Assembly: GCA_030704615.1 (NCBI GenBank) | Contig: CM060733.1 | Span: forward strand, 19,592,001 to 19,656,000 | Direction of reading: 5' to 3' | DNA length: 64,000 bases | From: Takakia lepidozioides | Lineage: Eukaryota > Plantae > Bryophyta | Shown here: positions 40,070 to 51,833 of the stretch, piece by piece | How positions within the stretch are numbered: position 1 is the stretch's first letter | Layout of the letters: every line of letters begins with the position of its first letter | Program-made: the position numbers and the translations under genes | Notes under the pieces: generated by a model | Databases searched by the model: none | Told to the model about the DNA's origin: nothing | Seen by the model: only the letters and a program-made list of their open reading frames with translations

Positions 40070-43000
40070 CTGTAGTTCCCCACCCATTTGCAATTTTAGA
40101 AACTGGTGTTATATTCCACATGAAGAAAACCCATCGAGCTTAGTTGATTAGGGGACTCCTGTAAGAACACAGCCTCCGGAGAAGGGATGGTGCTGCTTAC
40201 AGTTCCATCCTTCGACCAAAGAAAAAATAAAAGAAAACCATTGAGGATGGTAAGGAAAGAAACCTCATACTCTCTACAGCTTTCTTTCCCAGCTCTGTAC
40301 TCTCTTACATTTTCGCGTCGCAACTAGCAACCTGCACGTCAATTGACAATTGGAGTCAGGTGGGGAAAACACAGATGGACACACCCTAAAGTTCCAGAAA
40401 TACAAAGCTCTAAAGTGATTGCATACGAACGCCAAGTCCCTGGAAGTCTACACAACATTTTCCAGAAGGGCAATGCCGTTTGGTTATATCACTTGCTGGT
40501 ACAAGTATGCTTGTATCATCATCAGTGCACAATGCCACTGATAGAATGCCAAAGCATCTGCCCTAACAATGAGCACCAGCAACCCGACCTAATTACTACA
40601 TAGACCTATTCAGCAAACGCAAAAGAAAGTTCATGACACTACATAAATGCTGCAGGGATAATGTCCATTAATTGTGACCTATCAACCTGAATGTGGAGGT
40701 GCATGCAGACATCTACCTCCCAACACAGCTGACCACCAGGCTGAACCAAACGAGATAAGCTATCAAACTGAGATAGTGTCTAGCCTACACGCTGGAAAAA
40801 CAGGTTCCAGCAGCTGCCATGGACGACCAGCAGCCTTGACTCCAATTGAATGGCTCTCTACTAATGAAGCGTGCTATTCTACTAAGGGTAAATGGCAAGC
40901 CCACCCTCATCACACTAGCAGACTTCGAATTCCAATATCCCAAAACCCAATCTACAGCAGCTGACTAGTCATGGTGTAAAACTAAAAACAGATGCAGCAA
41001 CTGAGAATTGAGAGTGACATGATCATCTTCCCATGGTCTGGTGATCACCTCTACCCTTCATCCTCCGCTCTTTCCATGCTATACTCTGGCTCTCATCAGG
41101 AAAAGGTGTCCACACTGAAAACCCCCCGGGCTTAAATCCTATCTCAAGGCGCGCAAGCTTCCCGCCCTGCCAGCCATTGCCTGCCTCCATACTAATCACA
41201 AAACGTAATTAACGTAATTCATCGCAGGAAACAGAAAAATCAAACCTTCACACCAAAGGCAAACACCAGAAATACAAACCACAAAAAAAAGAAAACACAC
41301 AAGGATTCACACTACACACCAAGCAAATAAGAGCAGATCACAAGTAAAGTCTAAGGCAGAAATGTCATCCATACACCATTCAGCTTCAAGCAACATCTAC
41401 AAAATCACGAAACTCTCGAAGATTGTGAACCCAAAAATAATACCATAGACAGGTCTCTGGAGTCAATGAAGCATGGTTGAATTCGAACTCATATGTGAAA
41501 AGATAGAAATTAGTTCGGAAAACAGCATACTGGTATACAAGAGAAGGTACCACTTGTAACAAGTGGAAGTATACCAATTGTATCAAATGGACAATTGCTG
41601 GCGAACTGATGGATGGGACCAGATGGCATATTGGAGAAGAAGTTAAAAGGAGATACCAACTTATGGATACAGAAACACATTCAAGAGCGTAGAAGTTCCA
41701 TTCACTCAAAATAACTTGAACTCTAAGGAGATTTCTTGTTTAACTAAAAAAGTCTAGAGAGGCATTGTAGTGTAGAATTCAGGGATTTGGTACCTCTCGA
41801 AAAGAGCCACACACTATAGGATGCCAAAGAACTACTACAGATTTGAAGCATCTTTATTCTAGCTATTCTATAAGAATGTGCGTACTGAAAGGTTTGAAGT
41901 ACTTCTAAGCTACTAAGGAAGGGATCCATTAGACCGGGAGGCAATGTAAAACAGCAGGAAGCGTCAGCATAAAAGCGAGACTGGAAAAGATACATACTCG
42001 AGTCACGAAAGCGGCTGACTCGAACCTATTTCTCTTTCAGCGGCCTTACACATGAACTTGTTTACTGTGCAGTCACAACACAATGAATCCTAGTACGCCC
42101 CCGACAACACAGACTGCTGGGGCCCGTGTTGAGGTGCCAAGTGCCCCACCCCCGCATACTCACCATGGCCGCGGAGGAAAAATTGGCCGTGACAGAATGT
42201 ACTGCGGAAGTCCAATCTCTATGGACCAGGGCAAGCATTGCCATCCCTCATGTTCACCATTATTGTAAGCTTATGGCATTTTCACATTTTGGCAGACATC
42301 CCCAAGTGGCTCCCGATTTGGACTGCCTAAGATGACAGTACTCTTGATGCAAGGATGGGAGAGGAAATGTGCCTGTCTACTTGAACATTCTACAACCGGT
42401 TGCTGGCAATATGAGAGTCCCGCGGTGCACGGACAGGTCTATATATCATATGCAGTGAACAGAATCGATGGACTCAAGGTCCGCAGTAAGCCGATACCAC
42501 AAAATTCAGATAAGATGCCTCCGAGTTATGTTTCATCAAACGCAGCCACTTACGAGGTTGGAAGCCGACGAACACCGCTCGCACAGGGCCAACTGACTAG
42601 GCCACACAGCTTTGGCTATTTCCAGCAACTGCACCGGCAGTCAACCGACCACCGAGGGCTGATTTAGCGCTCGCTGCAGCCATCATGGTCGCCATCTCTC
42701 TTACAGAACACACAAACACCTGCACAACGGAGCAGGATCGCAGAGAAAAAGGGAGAGAGAGATGTGAGGCTAAGCTATTCGCTCACTGTTTCACTGGAGG
42801 GGCGGGCTCTTCTCTCTGCTCTGGATGGATGAATACCTGGGTCCACGGATGGACCCATATTCCATCCTTATCTGTACGTAGGTTGGAGAATATACCTGGC
42901 GGTTCAGCCAATGGGAACGTAGATTAATTACTGAAGGGAATTTCAAAAGACAATATAATTCTATGAAATTAGTAATAATAGTAATAATAATAAGAAATCT

Positions 43001-44349
43001 ATGAATCTTTATATTGAGCTGAATCATCCTCCAAACCATCAATGATATTATTCAGTAGTTCAATATTAGTTTTTGTTTTGGAAGTTTTATACACTAGATG
43101 TCGGAATGTATTATCACAAATAATTTATTGTTATCAATGTTAAATAAAAGGCACAAATGTCTAGTTACTCAAATTAAGTAGATCCAAGAATTTAGGCCAT
43201 AAGTCAACATTTAATTGAGGAAGATCATTTAAAAATGTCCTCCATATCATTCCTAGCCAATGTGATATAGATAGACCCCGCCCACACATTTAAATTTGGG
43301 TTTTGCTGCTTCCATGTCCATTTATTGCTCTCTTCTGTCATCACCTGGGGGGCATACTTGGAAGAATACCCCTATTTGAATTGTAAGCCAAACACTCTTG
43401 TTTTTGTGTTGATGGAGGATGCGGATATCTATCACACTTCCCCCAGCAAGTCCTGGTGGATCAGGGAAAACTGTCTGTCGAAACCTTGGGGAAAGCAGCC
43501 TTCCCAGATCAGGGCTAAGGATGTGCTTTCAAATGCCTTCACCCTTCTGTCCAGACTGCTCGATCAACGCATGGATGATATTAACCATCAAGATGATCTG
43601 CAAAGAACGAGGGACCATCTCAAAGGAATTCGTCCAAATCCCTCTTAAACTTCTTGCTCAAGCAGATCCACTGGTGTGCAGCCCCTGTCTATCAAAGTTG
43701 GTGTGGCAATTCGATGGGAGAATCAGAACCCAGCCAGCGACACCCTCGTGCAGCCATCATAGATCTCGCAAAGCAGAGTTAGTCTTCTCCCCTCTCTCCA
43801 GGAGGTCCAAGCTACCATCAACTCATTCTCCATCCCGGCAACCACCCCAACTCTGCCTTCCCCTCGAATTGTTCCCCAAGGGGTCAGCTCTCCCAACACA
43901 GAGATTGCGAAATGGCTCCCAGGCAAGCGCCCGCAATCCATGTCGCCTTCAAATCAACGTGGGCATGCCATGGCTTCATTTGTCAAAACGACGAGCAAGA
44001 TCTCTGTGTTTGGAACGCTCTCCCCCCTTGGTGCTAGAGAAACCTCCGAGCTCCACTCCACGGCCACGCCAGAGTTTGAGAGAGACGTGAACTAGAAACA
44101 CGTCAAGAACCTTACAACGACTTCCAGGCTCAATTTTCGTTAGTATGCTAGGGCAATAGATTAGCTCTTCGATAATTTGTGCTTCATACTGCGCCGATTG
44201 GAAGACTCTCTCATTAAAGGCAGACCATTTTTTAGATTTTTCCAGTATGATGCTGCATTTTTAGCGGGCTTTGGTTCACTCCTCACTGACTACGGTGTGT
44301 AACCCTTATGGTGTTACTTGGGTTTCATTTTTTTCCCCTCAATTTTTCA

Positions 44350-44735
44350 ATGCATACACCCTAAATCGAACAGGAACCAGGGTGTTGAATGGGAAAACAC
44401 CTTTGGAGGCCTGGAATGGGAAGAAACCTGACATCAGCCATCTACGAGTGTTTGGTAGCATGACATATTCACATGTATCCAAAGAGCTGAGAAAGAAATT
44501 GGATCCCAAGAGCAAAAAGTGCATATTTATTGGTTACAATGTGGAATCTAAAGCGTATCGGCTATGGGATATTGAGCAGCAGCACATAGTCATCAGCCGT
44601 GATGTGTTAGTAGATGAGAAGGGTAACCGTAATTCTTCACCCATCGAAGAAATGATGAGCAGACCTAACACATGCACTATGGTACTTGAGGGAGTGGGAG
44701 ACAAAATGGCTCCAGAAGTACAAAATTCTGAGGGG
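44350..44735 (+). mobile_element. Ty1/copia integrase C-terminal fragment, inverted relative to the rest of the element
   Basis: AYTLNRTGTRVLNGKTPLEAWNGKKPDISHLRVFGS...KKLDPKSKKCIFIGY...AYRLWD...ISRDV. Confidence 0.88.
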
Positions 44736-45269
44736 AATACTAAATTCGTTCCTGGAATTCGTTACCTTCGTAACCACATTCTCCTTCGTTTGCCCATTAA
44801 ATCAACCATCAATAATCATCTACAACCACTAGTGGTAGATTTCGTATAAGGTTTGTGGCGCCACTAAGGTGGGTGGCGCCAATATGATTCGTCGCGCCAA
44901 CAAGGTTCGTGGCACTAAGTTGTTGGCCCAACCTAATTTTTGATAAACAAATACATGTATGTACGTCGTACATGTATGCATGTCATTTGGATAATTCAAA
45001 TATAATGAGACATTGTCTTTTAAGAATGTTGGATTATAATTTTATAATATGATGATATTTAAAGCACATTAATTGGATCTAATATCATGTGTGGAGTGTG
45101 GACGTATAGTCTATAGTTTTCTAGTTTATTCGTAATATATAATCTTTGTATTGTCAGATATGCTATAAAATATTTTGAATTAGAAAATCACAAAGATGTG
45201 ATACATCGAATTAAAATGTATTCTATAACAACCTTTTTTTCTTTTTTTCTTTTTGATATAAACCTTCGC

Positions 45270-47756
45270 GGAGCTGTAGTGGCAGCTTCTACCCAGAAAT
45301 TAGGACTGAGACCTTTTGCTTGCAGCATACATCTAACTCTTTCAACCAAAGTCCTATTGTCCCTTTCGATGACACTATTTTGCTCTGGGGAATATAGCGC
45401 TGTAAGTTCCTGCCGAATTCAATTTTCTTCAAAGAAAGTCTTAAATTTTGCGCTTAAGAATTCTCCTCATCTGTCGCTTCTAAGCTTTCTCACTGCATGT
45501 CCTGTCTCTATCTCTGATTCCACACACAGCTGCTTGAAGAACTTGAGAACTCCTTTTGTTTTCATGCAATACAAGATCCTATAGCTGCTATGATCATCTT
45601 TAAACATGACAAAATGTTTGGAACCTCCATGCGAGTCTACATTCATTGTACACACATCAGCATGGTAGAACTCTCCAGGAGTCTGAACCCTCTCACGTTC
45701 TTCATTTACTGGAAACGCAACTCTGTGATTCTTGCCCATGACACAACCTTCACAGAACTCCAGATCTGCATTAGGGTTCAGTATTTTCATACCATCGACG
45801 ATCTCTGTTTTCTCCATTTGTTTAATCATGTCGACACTGATGTGTCCAAGTCGATCATGCCACGTTTGAAGACTTGCTCCCCCAGTTGTCACCGCCACAT
45901 TTGCTTGAATATTATCCGTCGACAATACTATGTTTGCTTGCAGAGACTCTCCCGTAATCACTTTGATTTGCAGTTTCCAAAGGTTTCTCTCTCTCACCCC
46001 AGTCATCATAAGAGGTCCCCTTCCCTGATTTGCATACAGCGTACAAGTACGCTTATCATAGATGACGATGTAATCTCTGTCTACAGCCTTCGCTACTAAG
46101 AACATATTCTTTCTGAGGTCGGGTACAAACAACACGTTGTGTATTGTTCCCTTTCTCCACTCACTTCCTGCTAGGGTTAGGATATCTATATCCCCTATTC
46201 CACTTGCCCATACTGTAACATCAGTGGCAACTTGTACTCCCCAACGATGAGATTCAATCTTCTTAAGATTTTTGAACCATTGCATCTTGTTGGTCATGTA
46301 CTCAGATGCAGCACTGTCCGAGTACCAGGATATATCGTCTTCATCGCCAACTTTCTCTCCAATTGACGTGTTGTTGTACACTGCTGCATTAGCATTGTTA
46401 AAATGTACAATCTTTACCAGATCATTGACAATGTTCTGATCAGTGTTTCTTCCTTGTGTCACTAAGCCATCATCGACACGCTCTCTTTCTTCACGATGAA
46501 ATGCAGTGGCAGCATAGGTATCGCTCATCTTAATGGATTCCACCATGTTAGCAGCAATACTCTTCGTACATTCTCGCTCCTAGTGCCCAACTTCACCGCA
46601 GGTGTTGCACCTCATTTTCTTTTTTAACTCCGCTAACCTTTCAGCTCTCTCCTTCTTCTGCTTCTTTGTCAGAAAACTTCCACCGCTTGTGGATGAGTTA
46701 TGTCTTCCTTTGACATGTTTTGTGAAGAAAGCTTTATCCATGACATCTTCCGTATTTCCTCGCGCTTTTCTCAACGTTTCTTTCTTGAGTAATCTAGATT
46801 GCAAGTTGTTCAACGTCCTCTCGGCAGCGGGTACACTATCCCATGCATCTAAGATGTTCTCATAGCTTGGAGGTAAAGTGCACACTATCTTTGCCATGAT
46901 AGCTGATTCAGTCATCTTCTCACCAAGATCACTCAACTGTTTTGCCATCAGTTCTATCTTGCTGATATAACTGGAGATGCTCTCATTTACTTCCATCTTG
47001 AGATGATACATCTTGCTTTGTAAGACATGAATGTTCTCGGTAGCATTTTGCTCATGAACTGCCACTAGTTTCGTCCACATCTCTACTGAGTTTGTGCAGT
47101 TTACCAACTGTTGCAGGTGATTCTTATCTACTCCTTGAATAATATACATGCAGGCATTGTTGTCCCTATCATCCCATTCGTCTTTATCCGAGGCCACTGC
47201 TCTCAAATCCTTCCCACTGACAAGAGACCATAGCTTCTTGGCTCTTTAGGAGAATCATCATTTGAAACTTTCATAGAGAAAAATTCTCTCCTGGAAATCT
47301 CTTTATCTGCATCACATCTTTCGATGTGGTAACAAACTCATCTTTGCTGCTATTTCCTAGATCTCTATGCTAGTTCTAGTTTCATTCGTGAACAAAATCA
47401 AGAAAGAACTCTCAGAAATAAAATTGTTCACGAAAGCACTCTCTGAATGAGCTTCAAATGTTTGTGGGCCCATAACCTGTAGAAAAACTCAAAGCACACA
47501 ATACTATCTAGAACAGCAATTCAAAGATTCAGGCAATCAAAACACACGATGGTATCATAGCACTTTACACTGCAATTCCACCATAAGGCATCAACATACA
47601 AAGAAGTTTTCAGCACCTCAAAGACTCTCTGTAGTAAGCCTAAATACTATTCGTAGTAACGATTGCTCGGGGCTGGCGGGAGTCTAGTAATTCAAAATAA
47701 TGCTGTCACTATCCATCCGTAAATAGTACGCAGTAGAAACACCTTGGCCAACTACA
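45270..47756 (-). mobile_element. Degenerate Ty1/copia retrotransposon 5' part: candidate LTR (~47478-47756), PBS, gag (UBN2, CCHC), protease, GAG-pre-integrase, integrase N-part
   Basis: PBS AGGTTATGGGCCC at 47466-47478; CNTCGEVGH knuckle; WYSDSAASEYM protease; WHDRLGH..CEGC; KLRSDR; FWVEAATTA; stops and frameshifts. LTR right boundary is tentative (TGTAG...CTACA). Confidence 0.88.
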
Positions 47757-49766
47757 TGTCTCCGTTAAATCCTAGTGTAACCTAGTTGGCCTATGACTTA
47801 GATATTCCGTCATGGAATAAATCAGTGTAACTCGTCACTCTTGATGACTTGCAGTAACATGGTCACTGCGATTTCTACGAGAAAAAACAACAGAATATGC
47901 CCCGCGCTTTGTTTTCCAGTTACTTCGTTGAGCTTCAAAGTTGCCATGGACTATGAATGCCGCCGCGGACATTGAACACGCAGAGGTAACGGGAGAGGAA
48001 GGGGGTCCACAGCAGCAACAGGAACGCAGGCCGCACGAGAAGTAGTGATTCAATGATCAGCGAGCTTACGGTCTTTTGGTGAAGATCCAATGGGAGTGTC
48101 AACGTGAGATCGCAACACCTCCAAGTTACCGGGCTCTGGGGATAGATTACAGAGAAAAACACTCCCACAAATCCATTGCAGAGTACCGTGCGGCCGCGCT
48201 ATCTGCAGGGACAGCTCTAGAAAATGAGGAAGAAACACATTATAAAAACCTAAAACCATCTAAGAAGTTCAGATAAGACAATCTGATCTGTGAGATTCCA
48301 GCTCCACCACACGGAATCCATTGTTCACGTCAAAGCCCCAAATTTTGAGGAAATGCCTCGACCCAGCTACAATTCTTTGGAGAAAAATCGAGAGTGTTTC
48401 GGAGCTTGAAGGGCAGAATATGCACCCTGCATGTTCCTTTCATAAAGGATTCACTTTGAGATGAGGACCTCTCAAGTGAATAGTCTTGAAATTTGTCCTA
48501 TAATCTTTGTGGATCTCAATTCTAGATCATAACCACAGTTTAGAAAGATTGCCCACAATTGACGGCAATATTTTGCAACACGTCTGGTGGCCGGTGCAAA
48601 GCTGACCACTACATAATATTAACATCCACTAGAAGGAGATCAGAGTTTAGCTTTCGAACTCCTTTCGAACCAATAAACTCAAGGAATTCAATAGGATCCT
48701 TGCCTACCAGCAGCGATATATTGTTGTGGAGAAACTAAAGGCGGCCACTGGTGAACTTTAAATCCAAACTACAACCACTAAGCATCCTCACCAATGGTAT
48801 AGAGCCATGTCGGCATGAAAAGTCAAAGATCGTAAGAGAGTAGATCTACTAAGGTCATAAACTATATCTAAACCAGATCAGTACCGTGTATGAGTTGTAT
48901 ATGTACGTTGGAGCCTTCTCGACCCCCTTAATGGCACTTTCTTCCCATTATGGCAAGTTCCTTGCTTCTTGACTACGTCCTTGAGATCCAGAAGTTTGCT
49001 GACATGCTTGAGTTCGAGTTGGTGCTGGTAGCTCTTCCGGAGTTTCAACGCGCTGGCCCTCATTTTCTCTTGAATCGCCATCGGCACACCCTCCTTAGGC
49101 TTTCCCTTCTCCGCGAAGCACATCACTTCCTCCACCTGCCTCTTCAATGGCTTCAGCTCATTAGACTTGGACCGCTTCTTGGAGAAATTATCCTCGGCCA
49201 CCTCCTTCATCTTTGGCTCCTTCAAGATCTTGACATGGAGGGATCCACTTGCAGTCACCGTGGCGCTTCACCATATTCACGAGCAAAATATAAGGCAGGA
49301 ATGATGAGAGAACTGGCAAGAGAATAAGGGCAAGGTCGACAGAGGATGAGAGAGAACAAGAATAACAAGAGGCTCCAAAACAAAGAAGGGCCAGACGTAA
49401 ATGAGAAGAGAGAAGAGCGATCCCGCGCAATGGCAGAGAACAGCCGGGCGCCGTGAGGCATCCAAATCTGGATACCTGCCACCTTTTTCCCTTAAAATGC
49501 AAACTAAAAATACCAAAAGTAGCTAATTGTTTTACTTTTTCCCGGCTGTAGCCAAGTGGCCTCAATCCGCTGATCAAACAGTAGGATCACACATCCGGCC
49601 ACAACACTAGAGCGCACATACCGTAGCACATATCCCACAGAGACGAGATCGAGCAAGGCTCTGGTATTCTGTTGTTTGGTCTACTTAGGAAAGACGAGAG
49701 CTATTGTTGGTGCTCGTATTTGGTTCATTGAGGGAAAAACAAGAGTTCTCAAAGAGCAGATCGTAC

Positions 49767-50423
49767 ATGGCAGATTCTGAATACCGGATGATCGTGGGTG
49801 AAGGTAGCAATTAGCAGTTTGTAGATCTCGCCGTGCATCCCTCCGGTCTGATCCCCACGGTTCAGAATGTTGTTGTAACAGTGAGCATGGGTTGTAAGCT
49901 GGACCTGAAGAAGATAGCGATGCAAGCTAGGAATGCCGAATATAATCCCAAGCGGTTTCAAGCTGTGGTGATGCGGATCAAAGAGCCCAAGACAACTGCC
50001 CTCCTATTTTCATCGGGGAAGATGGTGTGCACGGGTGGCAAGAGTGAGGCGTTGGCGAGACTGGCAGCCGCCAAGTTCGTGCGCATCGTACAGAAGCTTG
50101 GTTTCACTGTCCACCTGAAGGACTTCAAGATTCAGAATATGGTTGCATCATGTGATGTCAAGTTCCGTATTAAATTGGAGACGATGGCGTATGACCAAAG
50201 CCACCATGGCTCCTACGAACCTGAATTGTTTCCAGGATTGATCTACAGAATGAAAGAGCCCAAGCTAGTCTTGCTCGTTTTTACATCTGGCAAGATTGTG
50301 ATCGCTGGTGCGAAGGAGAGGAAGGACATGTACAAGGCCTTTGAGCAGATCTACCCTGTGCTGTTCCGCTTTAGGAAAGACCCCACGACTGGACTGCAAG
50401 AAACGGTAGTGTGGCCTAGCTAG
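49767..50423 (+). pseudogene. TBP: Intronless, divergent TATA-binding protein copy with an in-frame TAG at codon 16
   Basis: [35 protein letters not shown]...[26 protein letters not shown]...[22 protein letters not shown]; stop at 49812-49814; the rest of the frame is open. Confidence 0.85.
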
Positions 50424-51833
50424 GCTGCAAGAAAGCCCATGTAAATTAAAGCTGTTGAGTTTTCTAGAAGTTGTACAAAAACCTTGATCAAGGAGTGTCC
50501 CTATTCAAATTAAATTTGATCTTGGCTGGTTTAAAGTTTACTCAAAATTATGGGGCTGTGCAATCAACCATGGCAGACATTGGCAACTTAGATGTAGTGC
50601 TTGGTACCATTGAGTACCATTGATGAGGGTCATTTATTCAGGATACAAGTGACTACATATTTAATCAAGTACAAACTCTGATTTGTAAAACCCACAGAGG
50701 GCCACCCTCACACTTTGCAGTGAAGGTCCACACTGTTGCATGAAAGTTCCAATCTCCCCATTATTTGCCATTTGCGTGCTTGTATATGTTAAATTGGAAT
50801 TCTTGTAGTCCCTTCTCTAGAGATGGTCTTCCATATTTGTTTCTCATTTGCATTTGAAGTGCTGTATGCACTTAGGTATTGTATGCTGGAAGGCTACAAT
50901 TCATACAATTGGCGATGTTTTTCTGTGTAGATTCATGCAACCACATCAGTTTGAACAACCAGAGGCTATGTTGTGACAAGCTTGTGAGATATCAAAACAG
51001 CTGAATCTAAGCAGATGGTGATGAACCCTGAGCAACCAATACACGTTCCTTGCTGATTCAGCTCTAATAACTGCACATTCACAGTAAAAACCTCCGGTGT
51101 GTAACAGTTGCAATACCATTCACTAGCTTTTGTGCATTATAGTTTCTTGAAGACTATGCTTCAAATAATGCTTATGAGAAACTGATATGCCCAAACATGC
51201 AATGATCTCCCACCCACTCATTCTGCTTACTTCTTCCTCTCTCTAAACTGTTGAATTGACCCTGCATGTAACACCATTTACCTTTTGACCCTTTTCTCTC
51301 CTTGCCACAATCCTTTGATGCTGAAGAAAGCCATGAAAAAAATCCAAGAGAAAAAAACAACAAATGAATGAAATAAACATAAGGGTTTAGGCCTCAACCC
51401 TGTATGAACAGTGAGAGAAACTAGCCAAATAACATAAAATATGCAGGCTGACCCTGAGTGCCATTCAGGTGTGAAAGGGCCATTCTGATCTTGTCTGATC
51501 TTGTCTGATCGTCACATTCAGGAAAATGAACAAGGTCACTTTAGCATATTATATTTGACTTTACTGTCAATTCCGCAAAATTGTCACCTTGAACAAGACC
51601 GGCAGTGAATAGGCCTTGATTTCCGTTTGTGAATATGCACAAGGCCCCTGGAGACCATCAAAACTGCTATGAAACATCAGGCACCCAACCACAAGATTGG
51701 AACCTCTTTCGTGTCTTTTGTGACTTCAGCATCAGTGGAGGACCTGATTGAGATCCTGCTATTGACTCAAATTGATGGCCAGCAACATCTGGTGGAGATT
51801 CATCATCTCCGGGAAGAGACACTAACCTTTTTC

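Noticed and set aside
41555-42050. Solo LTR (TGTAA...TTACA)
   Set aside because: Flanks do not form a TSD and there is no second copy in the window.
42160-42695. Plastid-protein pseudogene (transit-peptide-like start)
   Set aside because: Composition is suggestive but I cannot assign a family; mentioned only as a fragment.
48780-49260. PBS-like TGGTATAGAGCC and Lys-rich ORF 48878-49258
   Set aside because: Imperfect PBS without a definable LTR; the ORF has no recognisable domain.
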